The notes under the pieces are model-generated. The model saw only the letters and a list, made by a program, of their open reading frames with translations. It was not told where the DNA came from and did no database searches. Position numbers and translations under genes: made by a program. From Nitratidesulfovibrio vulgaris str. Hildenborough (GTDB lineage: Bacteria > Desulfobacterota > Desulfovibrionia > Desulfovibrionales > Desulfovibrionaceae), in assembly GCF_000195755.1 (NCBI RefSeq), contig NC_005863.1, positions 170,302 to 202,301 on the forward strand: a stretch of 32,000 nt of DNA, given 5' to 3'. Below, one piece after another: positions 1 to 11,363 of the stretch. Each line of letters opens with the position of its first letter. Position 1 is the stretch's first letter.

Positions 1-2593
<2,593 letters not shown>

Positions 2594-2595
2594 CC

Positions 2596-3468
2596 ATGAC
2601 CGCCATTGCCAACAGATACGAGTTCGTGCTGCTTTTCGATGTGGAGAACGGCAACCCCAACGGCGACCCCGACGCGGGCAACATGCCGCGCATCGACCCC
2701 GAGACCGGGCATGGTCTGGTCACCGACGTGTGCCTGAAGCGCAAGATACGCAACCATGTGGCCCTGACAAAAGAAGGTGCCGAGCGGTTCAATATCTATA
2801 TTCAGGAAAAGGCCATTCTCAACGAAACCCACGAACGCGCCTACACGGCCTGCGACCTGAAACCCGAACCCAAGAAACTGCCCAAGAAGGTCGAAGACGC
2901 CAAGAGGGTCACCGACTGGATGTGCACGAACTTCTACGACATCCGCACGTTCGGCGCCGTCATGACCACAGAGGTCAACTGCGGGCAGGTGCGCGGCCCC
3001 GTGCAGATGGCCTTTGCCAGAAGTGTGGAACCCGTCGTGCCGCAAGAGGTGAGCATCACCCGCATGGCAGTCACCACGAAGGCAGAGGCCGAAAAGCAGC
3101 AGGGAGACAACCGCACCATGGGTCGCAAGCACATCGTGCCCTACGGCCTGTATGTGGCGCACGGCTTCATCTCCGCACCGCTGGCAGAGAAGACAGGCTT
3201 CTCCGATGAAGACCTGACGCTGTTCTGGGACGCCCTCGTCAACATGTTCGAGCACGACCGTTCGGCGGCACGCGGCCTCATGAGCAGCCGCAAACTCATC
3301 GTCTTCAAGCACCAGAACAGGCTCGGCAACGCCCCCGCCCACAAGTTGTTCGACCTCGTGAAGGTCAGCCGTGCAGAGGGTTCGTCCGGCCCCGCCCGGT
3401 CGTTTGCCGACTATGCGGTGACAGTGGGGCAGGCCCCCGAAGGCGTAGAGGTCAAAGAGATGCTGTAG
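2596..3468 (+). CDS. cas7: Cas7 (Csd2), type I-C Cascade backbone subunit
   Basis: 290 aa, with AAGGAGA 8 nt upstream of ATG 2596. The motif [40 protein letters not shown] is the classic Csd2/Cas7 I-C signature. Confidence 0.95.
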
Positions 3469-3469
3469 C

Positions 3470-4108
3470 ATGGCATTCACCGAAGACGATCTCCTTCCCA
3501 TATCCGCCTTGCAGCATCTGCTCTACTGCGAGCGGCAATGTGCGCTCATCCATATCGAACGGGTATGGGAGGAGAATCTGTTCACGACGGACGGTCGCAT
3601 CCTTCACGAGAAGGTCGACGCCGGGGAGGACTGCGTGCGTGCCGGAAAGCGCATCGCACGCAGTGTTTCCCTGCGTTCGCTGCAACTCGGCCTGTCCGGG
3701 GTCGCCGACGTGGTCGAGTTCGGCCCGGACGCCGGGGATGTCTACCCCGTCGAATACAAGCGGGGCCGCAGCAAGCGCGCCAACTGGGACAGAATCCAGC
3801 TTTGCGCCCAGGCCATGGCCCTTGAGGAGATGCTCGGCGTGCCGGTCACAGAGGGCGCGCTCTTCTACGGCAAGACCAGGCGCAGAGAGGCTGTCGCCTT
3901 CGATGCCGCGTTGCGCGGCGAGACAGTCAGGGCGGCGGCACGCCTGCATCAGTTTGTCGATGCCCGCCATACGCCCCCGGCCCACTATGAGGCATCGAGA
4001 TGTGACGCATGCTCACTGATCAACCTGTGTATGCCGAGGCTTCCGGGAAAGACGAAGGTCAGGAAGTATCTGGCTGCCATGGCGGAAATCGATGAAGAAA
4101 CTGCTTAA
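3470..4108 (+). CDS. cas4: Cas4 RecB-like exonuclease with Fe-S cluster cysteines
   Basis: 212 aa. It has an N-terminal Cys (LLYCERQCALIH), the RecB motif GVADVVEF...VYPVEYKRG, and a C-terminal C-x2-C-x5-C (RCDACSLINLC). The start lies 2 nt after the cas7 stop. Confidence 0.93.
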   Translation: MAFTEDDLLPISALQHLLYCERQCALIHIERVWEENLFTTDGRILHEKVDAGEDCVRAGKRIARSVSLRSLQLGLSGVADVVEFGPDAGDVYPVEYKRGRSKRANWDRIQLCAQAMALEEMLGVPVTEGALFYGKTRRREAVAFDAALRGETVRAAARLHQFVDARHTPPAHYEASRCDACSLINLCMPRLPGKTKVRKYLAAMAEIDEETA

Positions 4109-5123
4109 CACGCTCTATGTGACCACGCAGGGCACCTACCTCGCCAAAGAGGGCGAGTGCATCGTCGTGCGCGTGGGAGACGAGGTGAGACTGCGTGTGC
4201 CGGTGCATTCCCTTGGTGGCGTGGTCTGTTTCGGGCAGGTCTCGTGCAGTCCTTTCCTGATGGGCTTCGCCGCCGAACGCGGGCTTGGCTTCAGCTTCCT
4301 GACCGAGCACGGGCGATTCCTTGCGCGGGTTCAAGGCCCCGTATCCGGGAATGTCCTTCTCAGGCGCGAGCAATACCGCAGGGCCGACTCGCCGGAAGCC
4401 AGCGCCGAGGTGGCGCGAAGCATCGTCAGCGCCAAGGTCGTCAACGCCCGCGGCGTCCTGCAACGGGCCATGAGAGACCATGGTGACAAGGTCGACGGGG
4501 TGGCGCTGGAAGCGGAAGTGCTCCACCTGAGGGCCTGCCTCATGCGCCTGCAACAGCCCGCAGGGCTGGATGCCGTGCGCGGCATCGAGGGCGAGGCAGC
4601 CAAAGGCTACTTCAGCGTGTTCGACAACCTCATCCTGACACGGGAGGCGGCGTTCCGCTTCGAGGGACGCAGCCGTCGCCCTCCGCTGGACAGGGTCAAC
4701 TGCCTGCTGTCGTTCATCTACACGTTGCTCGGGCATGATGTGCGAAGTGCGCTGGAAGGCGTCGGGCTCGATTCGGCGGTGGGGTTCCTGCACCGCGACC
4801 GCCCCGGCAGGCACGGCCTTGCACTTGATGTCATGGAAGAGTTCAGGGCCGTTGTCGCCGACAGGCTGGCGCTTTCGCTCATCAATCTCGGCAAGCTCAA
4901 GAAGAGCGACTTCGAGATACAGGAGACGGGTGCCGTCCGGATGACGGATGACGCCCGCAAGGCGTTGCTCGTGGCATACCAGAAGCGAAAACAGGACGAA
5001 ATCGTCCATCCGTTCCTGAATGAGCGCATCCCCTTGGGGCTTGTCTTCCATGTACAGGCCATGCTCATGGCAAGGTGGCTTCGTGGCGACCTAGACGGCT
5101 ACCCGCCCTTTGTATGGAAATGA
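4092..5123 (+). CDS. cas1: Cas1 integrase (type I-C)
   Basis: 343 aa. The N-terminus MKKLLNTLYVTTQGTYLAKEGECIVV... is typical of Cas1. It overlaps the cas4 3' end by 17 nt and sits before cas2. Confidence 0.95.
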   Translation: MKKLLNTLYVTTQGTYLAKEGECIVVRVGDEVRLRVPVHSLGGVVCFGQVSCSPFLMGFAAERGLGFSFLTEHGRFLARVQGPVSGNVLLRREQYRRADSPEASAEVARSIVSAKVVNARGVLQRAMRDHGDKVDGVALEAEVLHLRACLMRLQQPAGLDAVRGIEGEAAKGYFSVFDNLILTREAAFRFEGRSRRPPLDRVNCLLSFIYTLLGHDVRSALEGVGLDSAVGFLHRDRPGRHGLALDVMEEFRAVVADRLALSLINLGKLKKSDFEIQETGAVRMTDDARKALLVAYQKRKQDEIVHPFLNERIPLGLVFHVQAMLMARWLRGDLDGYPPFVWK

Positions 5124-5127
5124 CGCC

Positions 5128-5418
5128 ATGCTCGTATTGATAAGCTATGACGTGAGTTTCGAAGACCCGGGCGGACAGAGGCGTTTACGGCGCATCGCCA
5201 AGGCATGTCAGGACTATGGACAACGGGTGCAGTATTCGGTCTTCGAATGCGTGGTCGACCCTGCACAATGGGCGAAGCTCAAGCATCGGCTACTCAGCGA
5301 GATGGATAAAGAGAAGGATTGCCTGCGCTTCTACTATCTGGGGGCCAACTGGAGAAACAAGGTCGAACATGTGGGCGCAAAGCCCGCCTACGACCCAGAA
5401 GGCCCCCTGATTCTGTAG
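5128..5418 (+). CDS. cas2: Cas2
   Basis: MLVLISYDV...YSVFECVV is the canonical Cas2 N-terminal beta-strand and core. ATG 5128 lies 5 nt after the cas1 stop. The track start at 5110 is a TTG inside cas1 and is less likely. Confidence 0.9.
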   Translation: MLVLISYDVSFEDPGGQRRLRRIAKACQDYGQRVQYSVFECVVDPAQWAKLKHRLLSEMDKEKDCLRFYYLGANWRNKVEHVGAKPAYDPEGPLIL

Positions 5419-5596
5419 CGCGAACCCCAAGCGACCCTGTTTTTCCCGGCAGGTTCGCGAACATGACAATGACCTGTTTTCATTGAATTGCGTAACCTTT
5501 AATGCAGGCTGGTCACACATCTTGGCGGTGCTGCTGGCCCGGTTCGCGGAACCCTCGTCGCAAGGTCAATACTGCCAACGTGTTTGATGGCCGACA
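5419..5596 (+). promoter_or_regulatory. CRISPR leader
   Basis: 178-bp non-coding stretch between cas2 and the first repeat. It contains the most AT-rich segment of the locus (catgacaatgacctgttttcattgaattgcgtaacctttaatgc). Consensus repeats abut it and degenerate repeats lie at the far end, consistent with a leader-proximal acquisition end. Confidence 0.6.
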
Positions 5597-7477
5597 GTCG
5601 CCCCCCACGCGGGGGCGTGGATTGAAACCAGTCTCGTTACCCTGTCGCGGAGGGCGTCGATGTCGCCCCCCACGCGGGGGCGTGGATTGAAACGCCATGC
5701 TCAGGCTGGCGAGTGCGCCACTCATCAAGTCGCCCCCCACGCGGGGGCGTGGATTGAAACCTTGTTTGGAGGCACCAAGAATCAATCAGGCATCGCGTCG
5801 CCCCCCACGCGGGGGCGTGGATTGAAACTTGAGCGCGGCGAGTGCGTGGACATCGTGGCGAGTCGCCCCCCACGCGGGGGCGTGGATTGAAACATCACAC
5901 ACCTCGCTTGCTCTACGTTCCTGCATCGTCGCCCCCCACGCGGGGGCGTGGATTGAAACCAGTTGGAGGAAGACCATCAACAGTTCCATAGGTCGCCCCC
6001 CACGCGGGGGCGTGGATTGAAACACGCCGCCGGTCGCGCCGTGCTCAAGTGCATTTGGTCGCCCCCCACGCGGGGGCGTGGATTGAAACTGCGATGCACT
6101 GCACCGCCATGCCAGCCTGCGCCGGTCGCCCCCCACGCGGGGGCGTGGATTGAAACCGCGCCGCAGGGTTTCAAGCCGCCACGCTGGACGGGTCGCCCCC
6201 CACGCGGGGGCGTGGATTGAAACTCAACGCCCACGCCCTCCGCGATGCACAAGTGGCGGTCGCCCCCCACGCGGGGGCGTGGATTGAAACGCCCCGACCG
6301 ACATGGTGCAGCGTGCCATCACGGGGTCGCCCCCCACGCGGGGGCGTGGATTGAAACGGCAGAAGGCGCGTGAGGTCGCAGCCGAACTTGGTCGCCCCCC
6401 ACGCGGGGGCGTGGATTGAAACCGAAGAATTACGCGCAGTACGAAATTGACGAGCGTCGCCCCCCACGCGGGGGCGTGGATTGAAACATGGCGGTTGCTG
6501 ACGTTGCGATGATGCAGCGGCACGTCGCCCCCCACGCGGGGGCGTGGATTGAAACAAGTCGCAGGCTTGCGAAGCCTACACGCGCAAGGTCGCCCCCCAC
6601 GCGGGGGCGTGGATTGAAACACGGTGATGCCAAGAAGTGTCACAAGCTCGTAGTGTCGCCCCCCACGCGGGGGCGTGGATTGAAACAGCCTCAACGCGCA
6701 CGGGGCAGTGTACTCCGCGGTCGCCCCCCACGCGGGGGCGTGGATTGAAACTCCCTGGCGGCGCAGAGCGTACTGTTCAGGGATGTCGCCCCCCACGCGG
6801 GGGCGTGGATTGAAACGATCTCATAGGCGTTATGGAGCGTGGCTCGTGAGTCGCCCCCCACGCGGGGGCGTGGATTGAAACATCCAGATACCGCAGGATG
6901 ATGACAACTACCTGTGTCGCCCCCCACGCGGGGGCGTGGATTGAAACAACATCGGAACGGATGTTGACCGTGTTGGTGGAGTCGCCCCCCGCGCGGGGGC
7001 GTGGATTGAAACGACCTGCCGGTGGTGACAACGGCAATCCTGTTGCGTCGCCCCCCACGCGGGGGCGTGGATTGAAACTACTATCCCCAAGCCGCCCGTC
7101 TCGAATCGGCAGGTCGCCCCCCACGCGGGGGCGTGGATTGAAACCTGTGCATCGGTTGTGGCAGGCGTTGCAGCCTGAAGTCGCCCCCCACGCGGGGGCG
7201 TGGATTGAAACACCTGATCGATACGGTTATGCCCGTAACGCTGCGCGTCGCCCCCCGCGCGGGGGCGTGGATTGAAACGCGGGCGGGGGCGGTGCATCGC
7301 TCGGCATCGAGGTCGCCCCCCACGCGGGGGCGTGGATTGAAACAGCGAAAGTGCCCACGCATCAGTCACCTTGGCTATGTCGCCCCTCGCGCGGGGGCGT
7401 GGATTGAAACAGCTCTCCCTCTTTGACGACAGCGCGGCACGCCGTCGCCCCCCGCACGGGCTTGGGAGGCGTCAAAC
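5597..7477 (+). CRISPR. Type I-C CRISPR array, 29 repeats / 28 spacers
   Basis: The 32-bp repeat is GTCGCCCCCCACGCGGGGGCGTGGATTGAAAC, with an internal GCCCCC/GGGGGC stem and the ATTGAAAC 3' end typical of I-C. Repeat starts are 5597, 5662, 5729, 5797, 5862, 5928, 5992, 6058, 6125, 6192, 6259, 6326, 6391, 6456, 6524, 6589, 6655, 6720, 6785, 6850, 6916, 6981, 7047, 7113, 7180, 7247, 7312, 7379 and 7444. Spacers are 32-36 bp and all different. The last repeat (7444-7477) is degenerate. Confidence 0.98.
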
Positions 7478-7526
7478 CCGCGAAATGACCACATAACCGG
7501 GAGATTCAGCGGGGCCGTCACCCGCC

Positions 7527-8360
7527 TCACAGGAAGAGCAGTAATGACAGGGCCATCACCCCCATGCCGGAGAAGACGCCCAGAATGCACAGGTGGTGCT
7601 CGCCATACTCCTCCGCCGACGGGAGCAACTGGTCGAGCGAGATATAGACCATGATGCCCGCCACAGAGGCGAAGAGCAGACCGAACACCATGGGCGTGAA
7701 GAAGGGACGCAGCACCACATATCCCACCAGGGCCCCTATCGGTTCGGACACGCCGGAGAGAAAGGAATAGAGGAACGCCTTCCGGCGGTCGCCCGTGGCG
7801 TAGTAGATGGGCACGGAGACGGCCATGCCCTCGGGGATATTGTGAATGGCGATGGCGACGGCGATGGCGACGCCAAGCGCCGGGTCGCTCAAGGCTGCCG
7901 AAAAGGCGGCCAGCCCCTCCGGGAAGTTGTGGATGCCGATGGCCACGGCCGCCAGCACCCCTGCCCGCTTGAGCCTGACGAAATCGTGTTTCGTGTCCTG
8001 CGGCAGGGCCGCACGGCCCATGTCCATCTCCTCGACGGTGTGCATCTCGTGCGGATTCTCGTAACCGGGCACCAGTTTGTCGATGACCGCTATCAGCAGC
8101 GCCCCCGAGAAGAACGCAGCCACAGTGTACCAGCTTGCAAGCACCTCTGTGGTCTGCGTGGCCAGCACTTCATACGCCTTGCGGAATATCTCGACGAACG
8201 AGACATAGATCATCACCCCGGCGGAAAAGCCCAACGCCACGGCCAGAAACCGCGTGTCCGTCCGTCTGGCGAAGAATGCGATGGCCGACCCCACACCGGT
8301 GGCCAAACCGGCGAAGAGCGTCAAACCGAACGCGAGCAGGACATTGCCGTCGTCAATCAT
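7527..8360 (-). CDS. zupT: ZupT, ZIP-family zinc/divalent-metal transporter
   Basis: The translation has the paired ZIP motifs [12 protein letters not shown] and [22 protein letters not shown] and about 8 TM segments. The preferred start is ATG 8360 ([13 protein letters not shown]...), with GGAGGG upstream. The track start at 8420 adds a non-hydrophobic 20-aa extension. Confidence 0.85.
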   Translation of the reverse strand: MIDDGNVLLAFGLTLFAGLATGVGSAIAFFARRTDTRFLAVALGFSAGVMIYVSFVEIFRKAYEVLATQTTEVLASWYTVAAFFSGALLIAVIDKLVPGYENPHEMHTVEEMDMGRAALPQDTKHDFVRLKRAGVLAAVAIGIHNFPEGLAAFSAALSDPALGVAIAVAIAIHNIPEGMAVSVPIYYATGDRRKAFLYSFLSGVSEPIGALVGYVVLRPFFTPMVFGLLFASVAGIMVYISLDQLLPSAEEYGEHHLCILGVFSGMGVMALSLLLFL

Positions 8361-8481
8361 AGAGGCCCTCCGGTCAGCGTATCGGACGGCCTGTACGCCG
8401 CCGACATCTCCCGGTACCATACTTGAGATTTTATTAGCCTTTCAATCGATAACATGGCCGGGGGGCCGTTCGGGGAGGCTC

Positions 8482-9129
8482 TTACTCACGCCAGTTGATG
8501 GCGAACTTACGCAGGGTGCGGACGTTCGACAGCCCCAGCTTGTTGACCATCCGCGCCAGATAGGTCTCCACCGTCCTCGGGCTGATACCGAGGCTTCCGG
8601 CGACGTCCATGTTGCTCTCACCGCGCCCCACGGCCGAGAAGATGGCCCGTTCCTGATCACTGAGCAGAAAGAGCGGGTCCATGGCCCGAGCGCCAGCCGT
8701 CTCATCCAGACTCGATCCGGCGCGTTCGCTCACAAAGCGTTCACCGCGCAGCACGCCCTCTATCCCCTCCAGCAGCACGCTGGGGTCCTCACGCTTGGTC
8801 ACATAGCCGTTCGCACCGCAACGCAGCGCCCGATCTATGGTGCCGGGGTCTTCGTGCATGGAATAGACCAGGATGCGGACACCATGCTCGGCCAGATCGG
8901 CAAGCAGGTCCAGACCGCTGCCGTCGGCCAGTGAAAGGTCCAGCAATGCCAGATCGAAGGTGGCCTGTTCCAGACATCCCTTGGCGTCGGCGCGGGTCGC
9001 AGCTTCAACGCCGGGCGTGTAGCCGTGGGACTCCAACAGCAGGTTCAGCCCCTGACGTACGGCCGGGTGATCGTCTATGAGCAGGAAACGAAGATCGGCG
9101 CGGGCAGGGGACGGGTCAACGGGAAGCAT
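8482..9129 (-). CDS. NarL/FixJ(LuxR)-family response regulator
   Basis: It has a receiver domain (RFLLIDDHPAVRQGL...DLALLDLSLADGSG) and a C-terminal LuxR-type HTH (LSDQERAIFSAVGRGESNMDVAGSLGISPRTVETYLARMVNKLG). ATG 9129 is preceded by AAGGAG at 10 nt and overlaps the kinase stop by 14 nt. Confidence 0.85.
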   Translation of the reverse strand: MLPVDPSPARADLRFLLIDDHPAVRQGLNLLLESHGYTPGVEAATRADAKGCLEQATFDLALLDLSLADGSGLDLLADLAEHGVRILVYSMHEDPGTIDRALRCGANGYVTKREDPSVLLEGIEGVLRGERFVSERAGSSLDETAGARAMDPLFLLSDQERAIFSAVGRGESNMDVAGSLGISPRTVETYLARMVNKLGLSNVRTLRKFAINWRE

Positions 9130-11200
9130 CGGGGGGAGTTCTCCTTGTGGAGCTGGGGGACGCATGCCTGTCGCACGGGGCTGCGCAGGTGACGATGGTA
9201 CCACCCTGCGGTGCGTCCTCTATCGTCAGCTTGGCATGGATGACACCGGCACGGTGGGCCATGATGCCGAGGCCGAGCCCCCCCGTCCGGGCCCCCTGCC
9301 GCGCGGATGCCGTGCGGCCTATGCCGTCATCGCGAACGGTCAGGATGACACCGTCTTGCGCGGGGCAGCGCAGCCTCACGCGGATGGTGTGTGCCTGTGC
9401 GTGTTTGGCCGCGTTGGTCAGTGCCTCCTGCGCGATGCGGTACAGGGTGCGCATGTTGGGGTTGGTGCATCGCCCGCAGTGGCGGCGCATCTCGAGCCGT
9501 ACGTCTATGCCCGTATCCTTGGCGATGCGACGGGCCAGGTCGTCCAGCGAGGGGCCGGGCATGGCGGGGTCGTGTTCTACGGGCCAGAGACCGCGCGAGG
9601 TGCGGTAGGCGTCGTCGGTGGAGGCGTCCAAGAGGGCCGCAAGGCTGTCCATGGTGGTGGAGTCATCCGTTCCGGCAAGCCGCTTGCTCAGAATGGATGC
9701 GCGCAGCCGGGCACCGGTGAGTTTCTGGCACAGGCCGTCGTGCAGTTCGTGGCTGATGCGCCGGCGTTCTTCCTCGCTGATGTTGATCACTTCCTGTTCT
9801 AGCCGGTTGCGTTCTTCCATCTCGGCCAAGAGAGACTGGTTCTTGCGCTCCAGTTCCCCGGAGAGCTTTCCCACGGATGCGAATGCATGGCTGAAGCGCT
9901 TGGCCAGCGCCAGCGACTGGGTAACGATCAGGAAGAGCATGCCAAATTCGATCAGGTAGGGCGTGTTGATATGCTTGATGTGGGAGAGGCCGTCGTTCAG
10001 GCTGGCGAGCAGGGATGCCGCGCTGCCGAGCAGGAGCAACCCTGCGCCGTTCATCCCGCGCCGCGCGCAGGAGCACAGGCGCACGACGTAATAGATGGCG
10101 CAGCCCAGCCCGACAAGGATACTGAATGCGATGTACTCGGAGATGCGGTGGTCTGGCGCGATCGGCAGCAGCAGAAGGAATATCGCGAAGCGCAGGTCGA
10201 CCAGATGGCGGACGGCAGGGTGGAAGACCTTCGGGTAAAGCGAGTAGTAGAACCGGAAGAGCATGGGAGCGCAGGCCATATAGAAAAAGAGGGGGACGTA
10301 TTCAGACCACTGGGGCGGCAAGGGAGGGAGGAACCGGCGAATGGCCCAGAAGGAGGTGTTGGAGGTCATGCAGAAGCACAATATGCACAGACAGAAGCCA
10401 CTGAAGTACCCCGCAGAAACCTGCTTCCTGTCCAGATGGAACAGGAAGAGGTGGTACAGCAGTGTGATCAGCAGGCAGCCTGCGAAGAAGTAGGAGAAGG
10501 TCCATGTCCTGTCGCGTTCCGTCTCCAGAGGGCCGGGCGGGGCAAGCAGTAGCCCCTCAGGCACGCCACCGGCGCGGAAATGATGGTTGGATATCTGGAG
10601 CACCAGTTCCAGATTCTCCCCTTCGGGGGTGATGGTGGCCAACACCAGTGATCGCAGAGGCGTCTCGCTGTCTGCATCCGTACCGACGACGCCGTTCATC
10701 GCCACAAGCTGGCCGTTGGCCCACAAACGGTAGGCCATGGGGATGTCGAAGAGCCGCAATGTGAGTGTGTTCGCCTCCGGCCAGAGGCGCAGACGCAGAC
10801 GCAGAGTGGCCTGCCCCGTGCCGCCCAGCCTTTCACCGTCTACGGGCATCCCCCTCCATGTGCCGGGTAGCGAGAGCAGGCCCGATGGCGAAGGGGCGGG
10901 GTTTGCAGCGAGGTCCTGCGGCGTCAGCAGACGGTCCCAGTAGAACTCCCATGCACCGTCCAGCCTAGCGGGGCCCATGGTCTCCGGGTCAAAGTCCCGC
11001 AGGTCCAGCACACCGTCTTCGGCCTGCAAGCCGTCGGCCGCCCGCGCCGGACCGTACGGCGGCAGGATAAAGACAGATACGAGCAGCACCACGAGCAGCG
11101 GAACCGGGTGGAATGCCCGGAGCATCCGGGTAGGGAAGGAAAGGCGCGGTGCGTTTCTGTTCATCATCGGTCCGTGCGGGGGGGATGTCGCACGCTTCAT
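9116..11200 (-). CDS. Sensor histidine kinase: 7TMR-DISM extracellular and 7TM modules, HisKA_3, HATPase
   Basis: The periplasmic segment GVLDLRDFDP...LDGAWEFYWDRLLTPQDL (7TMR-DISMED2-like) is followed by about 7 TM helices, a coiled coil, the H-box ISHELHDGLCQKL (NarX/HisKA_3 type) and an ATPase domain. The start is uncertain (ATGs at 11200, 11167, 11164 and 11125; none has a clear SD). Confidence 0.85.
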   Translation of the reverse strand: MKRATSPPHGPMMNRNAPRLSFPTRMLRAFHPVPLLVVLLVSVFILPPYGPARAADGLQAEDGVLDLRDFDPETMGPARLDGAWEFYWDRLLTPQDLAANPAPSPSGLLSLPGTWRGMPVDGERLGGTGQATLRLRLRLWPEANTLTLRLFDIPMAYRLWANGQLVAMNGVVGTDADSETPLRSLVLATITPEGENLELVLQISNHHFRAGGVPEGLLLAPPGPLETERDRTWTFSYFFAGCLLITLLYHLFLFHLDRKQVSAGYFSGFCLCILCFCMTSNTSFWAIRRFLPPLPPQWSEYVPLFFYMACAPMLFRFYYSLYPKVFHPAVRHLVDLRFAIFLLLLPIAPDHRISEYIAFSILVGLGCAIYYVVRLCSCARRGMNGAGLLLLGSAASLLASLNDGLSHIKHINTPYLIEFGMLFLIVTQSLALAKRFSHAFASVGKLSGELERKNQSLLAEMEERNRLEQEVINISEEERRRISHELHDGLCQKLTGARLRASILSKRLAGTDDSTTMDSLAALLDASTDDAYRTSRGLWPVEHDPAMPGPSLDDLARRIAKDTGIDVRLEMRRHCGRCTNPNMRTLYRIAQEALTNAAKHAQAHTIRVRLRCPAQDGVILTVRDDGIGRTASARQGARTGGLGLGIMAHRAGVIHAKLTIEDAPQGGTIVTCAAPCDRHASPSSTRRTPPDASR

Positions 11201-11222
11201 GCGACAGACGGACTGTATAGAC

Positions 11223-11250
11223 GGCGGGGGGATCTTTCAATCCCCCCGCC
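11223..11250 (-). terminator. Perfect 11-bp GC-rich stem-loop between the autotransporter and kinase genes (terminator or attenuator candidate)
   Basis: GGCGGGGGGAT-CTTTCA-ATCCCCCCGCC. It lies 113 nt downstream of the autotransporter stop and 22 nt upstream of the first kinase ATG. There is no U-tract, so intrinsic-terminator function is uncertain. Confidence 0.4.
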
Positions 11251-11363
11251 ATGTTCCGAAAGGACAGGCGGCCTCGACCTATCGGGGATGACACCCTCGA
11301 CGGGTCACGGCCTGCCACATCCAAGAGCACAAGGCATATCCCGACCGCAGGGCATGCCTGCGG

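Noticed and set aside
5502-7590. Many 60-190-aa ORFs on both strands across the CRISPR array with recurring STPPRGGR / APHAGAWIET peptides
   Set aside because: The recurring peptides are translations of the 32-bp CRISPR repeat in different frames, so the ORFs are artefacts of the array.
7593-8426. 277-aa plus-strand ORF antisense to zupT
   Set aside because: It mirrors the ZupT gene, which has clear ZIP motifs. The antisense translation is highly charged and His/Gly/Asp/Arg-rich, without features.
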